Origin: an uncultured Gemmatimonadales bacterium
GTDB taxonomy: Bacteria; Gemmatimonadota; Gemmatimonadetes; Gemmatimonadales; Gemmatimonadaceae
Length of the DNA: 64,000 nucleotides
Assembly: GCA_964556695.1 (NCBI GenBank)
Contig: CAZKXZ010000023.1
Location: forward strand, 1,174-65,173
Reading direction: 5' to 3'
Under the pieces are notes generated by a model that saw only the letters and a program-made list of their open reading frames with translations, was not told where the DNA came from and did no database searches. Below, piece after piece: positions 17,779 to 26,362 of the stretch (its first letter is position 1; the number at the start of each line of letters is the position of its first letter). The position numbers and the translations under genes were made by a program.

Positions 17779-20286
17779 ATGCGTATCTCACTACTCGCAG
17801 CAGCGCTTAGCACCGCCGTTGCCTTCAACATTCATGCGCAGGCAACGCAGCCTGCGACTACCAAACGGCCCTTCACTCCACGCGATTGGTATCGCGTTGC
17901 GCAGGTGTCGGGACCTGTTCTGTCTCCCGACGGAAACAGACTTGCGTTCACGGTGACAACTGTCATCGAGAAGGAGAACCGGCGGCACACTGAAGTCTGG
18001 ATGGTCCCTGCGTCGGGCGGAGATGCACTGCGACTCACCTCGCCGTCGGCTGAAAGCAGTGCACCCTGCTGGTCGGCTGATGGTCGCACACTGTACTTCA
18101 CTTCCAATCGGCAGGGTGCATCGGGACAGTTTGCGTTGCGTATGGATGCGCCGGGCGAAGCCTTTCAGCCGAGCGGCGCGCAGACGTATGCGCAAGCGGC
18201 ACCCGCTGCACCCACCGATCAGCCGGCAGATCGCAGCTTCACCGTTAGTGCAGGTGGACGAGGTGGTGCCGCGGCAGGCGGACGCGCAGGTGGCGGTGGC
18301 GGAAGCGGTGGTGGTGGAGGAGGCTGCGGCGGTGGTGGCAATCGTGGCGGAGGTGCGGGACGAGGCGGCGGCACAGAAGGCACTCCGGACGACGCAGGAT
18401 TTGCTCCGCTTCCATTTTCCGGAGTGAGCAAGGAAGATCTTCCTTCGAAGATTCGTGCACTGGCGCTGCCTCCGTGCGGCTCGATCACGAAGCCTGAAGA
18501 TTCGGCGCGCTTCGACGGTCGGCACATCGTGCAAGCTGGTTTTCGCAGCAACAATGGCGGATACACGATAGCACAATCGACAAATTGCGGTGCAGCTGGT
18601 GCGCGTGGGGGCGGCGGCGGAGGTCGCGCGGGCGGACGTGGAGGCGCGACTGGTGATTCAGCAGCAGCGGGCCGCGGCGCTGCTGGTGCGGCCCCTGCAC
18701 AGATTTTCATCACGCGCGGAGCAACACCTGCCAAGCAAATCACGCGCACGAACTATTCACACAGCAATGTTGTGGTCTCACCCGATGGCAAACTCATGGC
18801 CTTTACCGCAGACGCGCAGCTGCGCGCGGATTCTGCGGTTTCTGGTGCGAGTGGTGGTGACAGAGCAGGTGGGGCAGGAGGTCGTGGCGGAGGCCGCGCA
18901 GGCGGCCGCGGGACACCACCTCGCATTGACCCGCAGGGAAAGCCGCTGGACACGGGCACAAACGCAACAGAAGTATTCATTCTGCCAGTAACAGCTTGCG
19001 AAGCGGGAACAGCAGCGTGCGCGCCGAAGAAAATCGAGTACGATGGTTCGGAAAGCGCGCTCAGTTTTTCGCCCGACGGAAAGTGGATCGCGTTTCAGGG
19101 GAGACCTGATGGCAATCGTACGGCGCGGCTCTACGTGGCGCCCACCTCCGGTGGCAAGGCTGTTGATCTTTGGGGCGACTGGCGGTTTGAGCCCGGCACC
19201 GCCACATGGACGACGGACAACAAACTCACGATGTCCGTCACGACTGGCGGAAGCAGTGGGCTTTACAAATTCGATCCGGTCACCGCGAAGGCCGCACCCA
19301 TTATCACAGGTGATCGCCAGGTGAGTGGACTGCAATGGTCGAAAGATCGCAGCAAAGTCTTTTTCGTCTCCAATTCACACGCTGCGCCCACGGAAATTCA
19401 CAGCATTAATGCGGACGGCACAAGCGAACGCGCGCTCACGAGTATCAATGGCGCTCTGAGGGCGGAGGTCGCCTTCTCGGATGCGGAACGATTCACATAC
19501 AAATCAGTCGGCGATCTGGAAATCGAAGGTTGGATGCTCAAGCCGTATGGCTACGAGCCCGGCAGGAAATATCCTCTCGTGCTCTACATACACGGCGGCC
19601 CGCACTCGGCGTACGGAGCGGGATGGTTCGATGAATTCCAGAACCTGGCAGGCGCGGGTATGTGGGTGCTCTTTACCAATCCGCGCGGCTCCAGCAATTA
19701 CAACGCTGAGTTCTCCAACAGCACGCTGGGACGCTGGGGCGGGGAAGACTACGACGATCTAATGAAGGCGGTGGATATTGCTGCGCGTCGTGCTGATGTG
19801 GACTCCAACAGAATGGGAGTTACTGGTGGATCTTATGGTGGGTTCATGACCGCGTGGATCACGACAAAGACCAATCGCTTCAAGGCCGCGCAGGCAGACC
19901 GCATGATCAGCGACTGGGTCTCGTGGTGGGGAAGCACCGATGTGCAGTCGCTTACGAACGGAGAATTCTTCGGGCGTCCGTGGGAGAATCTCGCGATGTA
20001 TGATTCGCTGTCGCCAATCAGACATGTGCAGAATGTGCGCACACCCACTCTGATCGTGCAGTCAGAGGAAGATCATCGCACTCCAATGCCCAATGCCGAC
20101 CTCTGGTTCCAGGCGCTCAAGGGACTGGGAGTGCCGGCGGAATTCATTCGCTATCCGCGATCGACGCATGAACTTTCGCGATCCGGCGAGCCCTGGCTTC
20201 TGGTGGACCGCCTGAGTCGCATCCGGCAGTGGTTTTATCACTGGCTCATCAAGCAGCCCGTTCCAGCGTCAACAGGTGGTCGTTAG
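17779..20286 (+). CDS. S9 family serine peptidase (acylaminoacyl-peptidase/prolyl oligopeptidase type) with Gly/Arg-rich insertions
   Basis: Signal peptide. PD40-like repeats (LSPDGNRLAF, WSADGRTLYF, VSPDGKLMAF, FSPDGKWIAF). Catalytic region YIHGGPH, GVTGGSYGGFM, EEDHRTP and HEL. Three RGG/Gly-rich low-complexity inserts. Confidence 0.9.
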   Translation: MRISLLAAALSTAVAFNIHAQATQPATTKRPFTPRDWYRVAQVSGPVLSPDGNRLAFTVTTVIEKENRRHTEVWMVPASGGDALRLTSPSAESSAPCWSADGRTLYFTSNRQGASGQFALRMDAPGEAFQPSGAQTYAQAAPAAPTDQPADRSFTVSAGGRGGAAAGGRAGGGGGSGGGGGGCGGGGNRGGGAGRGGGTEGTPDDAGFAPLPFSGVSKEDLPSKIRALALPPCGSITKPEDSARFDGRHIVQAGFRSNNGGYTIAQSTNCGAAGARGGGGGGRAGGRGGATGDSAAAGRGAAGAAPAQIFITRGATPAKQITRTNYSHSNVVVSPDGKLMAFTADAQLRADSAVSGASGGDRAGGAGGRGGGRAGGRGTPPRIDPQGKPLDTGTNATEVFILPVTACEAGTAACAPKKIEYDGSESALSFSPDGKWIAFQGRPDGNRTARLYVAPTSGGKAVDLWGDWRFEPGTATWTTDNKLTMSVTTGGSSGLYKFDPVTAKAAPIITGDRQVSGLQWSKDRSKVFFVSNSHAAPTEIHSINADGTSERALTSINGALRAEVAFSDAERFTYKSVGDLEIEGWMLKPYGYEPGRKYPLVLYIHGGPHSAYGAGWFDEFQNLAGAGMWVLFTNPRGSSNYNAEFSNSTLGRWGGEDYDDLMKAVDIAARRADVDSNRMGVTGGSYGGFMTAWITTKTNRFKAAQADRMISDWVSWWGSTDVQSLTNGEFFGRPWENLAMYDSLSPIRHVQNVRTPTLIVQSEEDHRTPMPNADLWFQALKGLGVPAEFIRYPRSTHELSRSGEPWLLVDRLSRIRQWFYHWLIKQPVPASTGGR

Positions 20287-20322
20287 CTGGCCACGATGAG
20301 TAATTGGGAGGTCGAAGAACGC

Positions 20323-20352
20323 GGCTGTGAGTATTCACAGCCCCGTTTTTTT
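20323..20352 (+). terminator. Rho-independent terminator after the S9 peptidase gene
   Basis: GGCTGTGA-GTAT-TCACAGCC (8-bp stem) followed by CCGTTTTTTT. Sits between convergent genes. Confidence 0.8.
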
Positions 20353-21578
20353 CAGCCAGCGCCCTTTCGAATTCGGTATACAGTAACCGATTCGACGTCG
20401 TCGGCATCGCGCGATACTCCGTAGACCAGATCGTCGGATATTCCTTTGAGTGTGAAACGATCCGGCAGATCCAGGCTGCCGAGCCAGCGGCCATCTTTGT
20501 CGAATACGTACCAGCGCCTGGGAGCAATGCTGAGGTACCGTTTTACCCACACGCTGCCATCATCCGCTGTCACCATGTCATCGAAGTGGGGCAGTGAATC
20601 GGGGAAGTCCATGATAGAATAGACTCTTTCAATCCGCTGCCGGTCCTCGGGTGTCGTCGCTGCTGCCAGGCGAGTTGCTTTGCGCTTCGCAATTGTATCC
20701 GCCGTAACGCGAACGGCCTGCGTGTCAATGCGCATGATTCTCCTAAGCGCTCCACCTGTATCATACACGCGAACCTCGAATGCGCGACCATTGCCGGTAT
20801 AGAGCTTGTCGCCACGGATCGACCACACCCGCTCGGGTGAATAACTCCGAACAAACCTTTCTTCTCCTGTAGCGAACAGCTCGTAATTGTCAAAGACGCC
20901 GAGGCTGTTGAGTAATGTGCCTGCAGGCGAATAGCGATTGAACTCGAGCGAATCGATGCTCAGCCCATTTGACCTGGAAGCACCGGGGCCGTTCGAAACG
21001 CCGGCGATCATCAGGATAGATCCGTCGGTGAAAACTCCTCGTGCCCACGGCGTAGCCGCGAATTCGGCAAAATCGCGCGGCGCTTTTTCAAGCTTCACAG
21101 TGCGGATGAATTTCCCGTCAGGGGTGAATATGGAATTGACTCCGCGCTGCGTTGCCACGAAAAGTGAATCGTCGATCATTCGCTCAACTACCGTTATGTA
21201 TTGATATTCGCCGGGTCCTTGCCCCTGTCGTCCTATATCACTGATGTACTTTCCCTCGGGACTGTAGAGGCGCACGACGTAGGGACGGCGGTTTGCCACC
21301 GCGAGGTTGCCGTTGCCAAGGCGCGAGACGGAGATGATTCCCGTGAACAGATTCATGGTATCACTGGTCTGCGCGCCTATTTGCACGGCGGGTGCCGGCG
21401 AGAGCGTCCATTCTTCGCCAGCCTTCCACATTGGTGTACTGCTGCTCACCAGCTGTACTCCGGCGCTGTCGCGGGTTTGTGTAGCCGGCATGGCATTGTC
21501 GGACGCCGGCCCGCATGCAGCTGCGATGCACAACAGCAAAAGGAACGAGAGCGGATGACTGTCTCGTTTCGATATCAT
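20352..21578 (-). CDS. 6-bladed beta-propeller family lipoprotein, paralog P2
   Basis: Start at ATG 21578 (MISKRDSHPLSFLLLLCIAAAC, lipobox). VRLYSPEGKYISDIGRQGQGPGEY motif. C-terminal VTVYRIRK. Confidence 0.75.
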   Translation of the reverse strand: MISKRDSHPLSFLLLLCIAAACGPASDNAMPATQTRDSAGVQLVSSSTPMWKAGEEWTLSPAPAVQIGAQTSDTMNLFTGIISVSRLGNGNLAVANRRPYVVRLYSPEGKYISDIGRQGQGPGEYQYITVVERMIDDSLFVATQRGVNSIFTPDGKFIRTVKLEKAPRDFAEFAATPWARGVFTDGSILMIAGVSNGPGASRSNGLSIDSLEFNRYSPAGTLLNSLGVFDNYELFATGEERFVRSYSPERVWSIRGDKLYTGNGRAFEVRVYDTGGALRRIMRIDTQAVRVTADTIAKRKATRLAAATTPEDRQRIERVYSIMDFPDSLPHFDDMVTADDGSVWVKRYLSIAPRRWYVFDKDGRWLGSLDLPDRFTLKGISDDLVYGVSRDADDVESVTVYRIRKGAG

Positions 21579-21685
21579 TCTGCGCGCCTCAGGTTCTGGT
21601 TGGACGAGCGGCGAGTGACGAGACAAATCAGAGTCTCAAGTCAACAATCGCCGATCATTCGCCGCTCGTCACTACACGCTCGTCA

Positions 21686-22339
21686 CTACTCAGGACATTC
21701 ACTCGCAGCGCGGAACCTTGGCTGGAAATGGAAACGATTGTCGCCCCAGTGGAACGCGTTGCGCACCATCAGATCGATCCCTATGGTTGTCGTTCCACCT
21801 TCGATCACATCGAGAGGGCAGATCGGAACGATTGATGTCCAGCCGCCACCGGGCGGTTGAATCGTTATGACTGTGCCATCGTGCATTACGCCCTGCACTG
21901 CGGTAATGACGATGACCACCTGATCGTAGAGTCCGACTGGGAGCGTCCCGTCGGGAAGCTGGATCGTCTTTCCACTCTCGATCTCCACTACGTCAACGGT
22001 GACCGGTACTGGCATTACCAGATTCACCAGGACGCCGTCGAGACTTCTGACAAGAATGCTCGACAGAGTTACGTTGGCGGCGTGGAACCATCGTGATGGC
22101 CGCTCGTCATCGTCGTCGTCATCATCGTCATCGTCACGCCGGAACAGATCGTCCGATCCAGCAGTGGCTGAGGCCGCAGCTGCTTCAGCGAGGTTGGCCG
22201 ATGCACTCGTGCTCGCGTTGCCGGAAAGAAAGACCCGTACCCGTCCCTGATTGTGACCGAGTAGATCTCCACTGCATGCCGCCAGCGTCGACACGGCGAA
22301 CGCCATGGCAAAAGCGGTTGTGAACTTGCGAAGTTGCAT
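21686..22339 (-). CDS. DUF4382-like lipoprotein with poly-Asp linker
   Basis: Signal and lipobox AVSTLAAC. Ten consecutive Asp. VTLSSILV, VTVDVVEIESGKTIQLPDGTLPVGLYDQVVIVI resembles the DUF4382 pattern as I recall it. Confidence 0.6.
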   Translation of the reverse strand: MQLRKFTTAFAMAFAVSTLAACSGDLLGHNQGRVRVFLSGNASTSASANLAEAAAASATAGSDDLFRRDDDDDDDDDDERPSRWFHAANVTLSSILVRSLDGVLVNLVMPVPVTVDVVEIESGKTIQLPDGTLPVGLYDQVVIVITAVQGVMHDGTVITIQPPGGGWTSIVPICPLDVIEGGTTTIGIDLMVRNAFHWGDNRFHFQPRFRAASECPE

Positions 22340-22487
22340 TGCGACCTCCAGTTAAGCATTGTCCGACTGAAGACGAGGACGGAAGCCTCGAGCCTCCAGG
22401 AAAGAGGCGCGCAAGAATTACACCGCCGAGCGGTCGGGGCAATTGGAAATAAGGAGTCGCTTCTATGGTGGGGTGCTGCTGGTGGCG

Positions 22488-23189
22488 CTACCTGCGATCG
22501 GACTCTTCCGGGATCGATACAGAATAGAGCGGACTTACCTCGATCTCGACGCGGCGGTTCAGGTCCCTTCCATCAGCAGAGGCGTTGGAAGCCATCGGGT
22601 TCGCTGCTCCGTAGCCAGCGACTACAATGCGCTGTGCCGATACGCCAGCGGCAATGAGTACGCGGGCTACCGACAGCGCGCGCTGCTCGGAGATACGCTG
22701 GTTCGTTGCAGCATCTCCGATACTGTCGGTATGTCCCTGCAGCGAGACAACCGTGAATCGATACTCAACCAACACGAGCGCCACCGAGTTCAACGCTTCC
22801 ACGCCACGCGGAGACAGTTTTGCGCTGCCTAGATCAAATGTCAGAGCGCCGGGAAGACCGAGCACAACGCGATCCTCGCGACGTGCGACGAGCAGCCAGT
22901 CGCTCGCAACCTGACGGAAGCGCGCCTCCTGTACATCCAGATAGTAGCCGACTTCGTCCGCGCGCAGTTTCTGACCGCGCGTTACAAGTGTATCGCGTCG
23001 CGCAGAAACTGCGGCGGCCAGCTCCTCCGGCTTTACCACAGTTGCAATCGGCGCGGCAGGTGCGGGTGCAGGAGTGGGTGCAGGAGCGGGTGCTGGCTCG
23101 ACTGTCGTGACCAATGGTGCAACCGATGGGCGTGAGCATGCGACCGCGGCAAGCGTCAACGCGCAGACCAAAGGCAGCCGAGCTTTCAT
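22488..23189 (-). CDS. OmpA family (peptidoglycan-associated) lipoprotein
   Basis: MKARLPLVCALTLAAVAC lipobox. Pro/Ala linker. OmpA_C motifs FDLGSAKLSPRG, LQGHTDSIG, NQRISEQRA, GYGAANP and RDLNRRVEI. Confidence 0.85.
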   Translation of the reverse strand: MKARLPLVCALTLAAVACSRPSVAPLVTTVEPAPAPAPTPAPAPAAPIATVVKPEELAAAVSARRDTLVTRGQKLRADEVGYYLDVQEARFRQVASDWLLVARREDRVVLGLPGALTFDLGSAKLSPRGVEALNSVALVLVEYRFTVVSLQGHTDSIGDAATNQRISEQRALSVARVLIAAGVSAQRIVVAGYGAANPMASNASADGRDLNRRVEIEVSPLYSVSIPEESDRR

Positions 23190-24748
23190 GCAGCGTCCCG
23201 TTCGCAAAACGCTGCAAAAGCTTCTGCGGTCAATGGAGCGCTGAAGAAATATCCCTGTCCCATTTCAACACCATGCTCAATGAGCCACTGCACTTGTGCC
23301 TCCGTCTCAACACCTTCAGCGACTACGCGAAGTCCAAGTGAGCGTGCCATTTCGATGACATGCACGATCACATGACTGGTCGCTGCTTCGGTTCCAATCG
23401 CATCAACAAAACTCTTGTCGATCTTCAGCCAATCGAGTTCGAAGCTCGAGAGGTACGAAAGGCTCGAGTACCCGGTGCCGAAGTCGTCCACCGCAGTCTC
23501 ATGCCCCATCTCTCGGAGACGCCGGATCAGCCCGCGCGCAACTTCAGTATTTGCCAGCGATCGTTCTGTGATCTCCAGCTTGATGGCCTTGGCGGGCAAC
23601 TCCTTTGCCTGCAACACGTTCTCCAGAGACCGCAGGAACAGGTCCGAGCTGAGATCCTGGGCGCTCAGGTTGATGTTGATACTCAGTTGCGGCTTCGCAC
23701 GTAGCAGTCGGTGAAGATCTCGCAACGTCAACGCCAGGATCGTGCGAGTGATCTCAGGGCAGATCCCCTCGCGCTCCGCCAGTGGGATGAACACGTCCGG
23801 TGGTACCTCCTCACCACCTTTCAGTTTCCACCGCGCCAGGGCCTCAGCACCAGCTATGCGCCCGGTTCTCAGTTCGATGACAGGCTGATAGCGCGCAGTG
23901 ATCCACCCCCTCCCAATCGCGTGTCGCAACAGCGTTCCCATACTGAGACGGTGCCGTACGTAGCGGAGCGTCCCGTATCCGAAGATGCCGACCAGGAAAA
24001 GGCCGACCCCTGTCCCCAATGCGATCGTGCGCGAGTATCGCCCCCAGAAACTTTTCAGCTCTTCAGTAACCACAATGTCTATCGGCAGCTCGCCCGGACG
24101 AGAGTGGCGCGAGATCGCCAGCTGATTCACACGATCCAGCGTGAGTCCTTCGGGAATTGAGTCCGGAGAAATGAGCGTAACGCTCTCCGGTTGTGATGCG
24201 AGAAGACGCTTCTCCACCCAGAGACCCGCACGACGGCCCTCGAGAGAGCTGATTTCCAGAAGCGCGCTCGGATCTATCGCCGCGTCGTGATCCCCGAAGC
24301 GCATGAGAAAGAGTCGCACTCCTCCCACCTCTGTTTGCGCACTCGGCCACCACGCAATTACGCCCGATCGGTAGATGCTATCCGCGCGGGGAGGGCGCAG
24401 TGGTGCTACCTGGAGGAATCCGACACCACAGCGTCGTTCCGCAGCGCGCCAATACCCGATGGCGCGGATGTAAGGACGACTCATCGCGACGTCCTGCAGC
24501 GCCCTGATGTGCGCGACGGAACAGCGCGGCGAAGGAAGGCGTTCGAACTCCTCCAACATGTGCTGCGTATCGAGAATCATTTTTTCGGCGCGAACGCCGA
24601 GGGTGGCTGCGAGCTCGCCGACGAACCGTTCCTCGGCGGCTACGGATTCGCGGTAGAGGAACCAGAGGATAGTTGCGAACAGCACCGCGACCCCCGCGAA
24701 CGACGCCAGGGAAATGCCAAGGAGGAGTTTCTCACGTCGAGGGCGCAT
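23186..24748 (-). CDS. EAL-domain cyclic-di-GMP phosphodiesterase with N-terminal membrane-flanked periplasmic sensor (CSS-motif-like) domain
   Basis: YQPVIELRTGRIAGAEALARW, EITE, DDFGTGYSSLSYL, KIDKSF and EGVET. Two TM segments flank a region of roughly 200 aa. Its stop overlaps the ompA-like start (ATGA at 23186..23189). Confidence 0.9.
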   Translation of the reverse strand: MRPRREKLLLGISLASFAGVAVLFATILWFLYRESVAAEERFVGELAATLGVRAEKMILDTQHMLEEFERLPSPRCSVAHIRALQDVAMSRPYIRAIGYWRAAERRCGVGFLQVAPLRPPRADSIYRSGVIAWWPSAQTEVGGVRLFLMRFGDHDAAIDPSALLEISSLEGRRAGLWVEKRLLASQPESVTLISPDSIPEGLTLDRVNQLAISRHSRPGELPIDIVVTEELKSFWGRYSRTIALGTGVGLFLVGIFGYGTLRYVRHRLSMGTLLRHAIGRGWITARYQPVIELRTGRIAGAEALARWKLKGGEEVPPDVFIPLAEREGICPEITRTILALTLRDLHRLLRAKPQLSININLSAQDLSSDLFLRSLENVLQAKELPAKAIKLEITERSLANTEVARGLIRRLREMGHETAVDDFGTGYSSLSYLSSFELDWLKIDKSFVDAIGTEAATSHVIVHVIEMARSLGLRVVAEGVETEAQVQWLIEHGVEMGQGYFFSAPLTAEAFAAFCERDAA

Positions 24749-24841
24749 TGGGCTGACATCGCGGTAATACGGCGGATATGTACATCACGGTTGAGGCGCA
24801 TCATTGGTAACGGTAGGGGCCGGGGAAACGGCGATGTCAGA

Positions 24842-26353
24842 TCACCAAGAGGCGGCCAACTCTATCAGTCGTTGAACAAGCCGCACAGTTGCAAAGGTAT
24901 CGCGCTTGCAATACTCCAGCAGATCGTGGCGCGTCCGGTCTCGTTCTGCCGGCGGAATGCGACCTGATACAAACAGCAGGCGCGCTATCTTGACGCTCGC
25001 CACCTTGCCGTCCACGACCACGAGGTCGTTGTAACTCATATCGGGCACTAGCGGGGTCAAAATGCATTTGAGTGAAAAACTTCCCAGAAACCCCGGGTGA
25101 TAAACATTGTTCGCCACCACTGGATTCAGATCCCACAACTTCTCAGTGAGCGCAAGCAGCGGCTCGGCAAGATGGGGTAGATGCTCCGCGAGATTCCTGA
25201 TCTGCGTCTTCTCGAAGGGTGTGTACATCACGACCAGGTCGGCGTTAGCCGTCGCAGCGAGCATGGCGCGTGCGATCGCATCACGCGGATCATCGGGTGG
25301 CATCCACGGTTCAGCGGGTCCCTCCGCAAGAAACTCCGCGTGAGTCATCACTCCATTGCTGCCGCGTTCATGATAGCTGAATTGCGCGGCGGTTTGGCGC
25401 CAGGGGCCGAGCCCATTCCACGCCGGCAGTGCACGCGCAACGGTTTCGAAATCGAGAAAGCCGAGTGTCTTCGCTTCCGCAGCAGGACGAATTGCATCCG
25501 ACAGAGTTCGCTCAACAATGAGCCTTCCCTCGCGCTGCGACCGGAGCTGGCGTTGTTGTTTGAAATTGAGTTTCGTGTTCGCGGGAATCGCTGACATGGT
25601 GTGCACACCGGCCTGCATCCATTCGATCCTTCGCTTTCGGCCAACGCCCAGGAGGTTGCCAATCTGATCGGCATCATCAGGCCAGCAACGATTCATGAAG
25701 GCGCATTCATCATCCGAATCGCGCAGCCAGCAGTGGCCGCCAACCGCATGGTCCGGAAGGGATCCGCCAAGCACCACCAGCTGTCGCCCGATCTGGTCCG
25801 GTACCTCGGCAAGCAGCGCGTCAATTTCCGCCGTCACATCAGCGCGAACGAAGAGCGGTAGCATTTCAGGAAAGCGATAGTCGCTGTTGAGATGCATTAC
25901 CTCCGCTCGCGTAACAGGAATTCCGCTGCGGCGCGCGACATGCACCTGCAAGGCAACTTCACGATAGTGATAGTCCTTGACCGAGTTGGTCGACTTGACC
26001 TCGACGAGCGTCCAGCCATCAGCACTCTTCTCGAGCACATCCACGGCGCAGAACGCACCGTCAGCCTCGAAGCACGCTTCGAACAAAACACGCTCGCCGG
26101 CTTCAATGGCACTGGCGGTGCGTTGGACGCGAGTGGGATCGTGATGATCGCCGTCGATGAGCAACCCGCCGGGCCACTCTTCGCGCGCGCGTTCACCCAC
26201 GAGCCGTCCCTGATCGAACAAGTCAGACTGCACAATGTCAGGCTGAAGCTCCACAGCTTCAGGTTCATGCACCTTCCACCAGAGGAGCTTGGGACATTGC
26301 CAGCCTGCGACAAATCGGGACTTGGAGAGACGCTGGGCGACAGTGGCTGACAT
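24842..26353 (-). CDS. DUF2779 domain-containing protein (PD-(D/E)XK / Cas4-like nuclease superfamily)
   Basis: N-terminus LSKSRFVAGWQCPKLLWWKVHEPE and central LGFLDFETVARALPAW...AAQFSYHER match DUF2779 hallmarks. Confidence 0.8.
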   Translation of the reverse strand: MSATVAQRLSKSRFVAGWQCPKLLWWKVHEPEAVELQPDIVQSDLFDQGRLVGERAREEWPGGLLIDGDHHDPTRVQRTASAIEAGERVLFEACFEADGAFCAVDVLEKSADGWTLVEVKSTNSVKDYHYREVALQVHVARRSGIPVTRAEVMHLNSDYRFPEMLPLFVRADVTAEIDALLAEVPDQIGRQLVVLGGSLPDHAVGGHCWLRDSDDECAFMNRCWPDDADQIGNLLGVGRKRRIEWMQAGVHTMSAIPANTKLNFKQQRQLRSQREGRLIVERTLSDAIRPAAEAKTLGFLDFETVARALPAWNGLGPWRQTAAQFSYHERGSNGVMTHAEFLAEGPAEPWMPPDDPRDAIARAMLAATANADLVVMYTPFEKTQIRNLAEHLPHLAEPLLALTEKLWDLNPVVANNVYHPGFLGSFSLKCILTPLVPDMSYNDLVVVDGKVASVKIARLLFVSGRIPPAERDRTRHDLLEYCKRDTFATVRLVQRLIELAASW

Positions 26354-26362
26354 GGTGTCCCC

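Noticed and set aside
18219-18749. Proline-rich 176-aa ORF on the minus strand (PPPPPPRAPAAP...).
   Set aside because: It is the antisense image of the GGN-repeat tracts inside the well-supported S9 peptidase gene.
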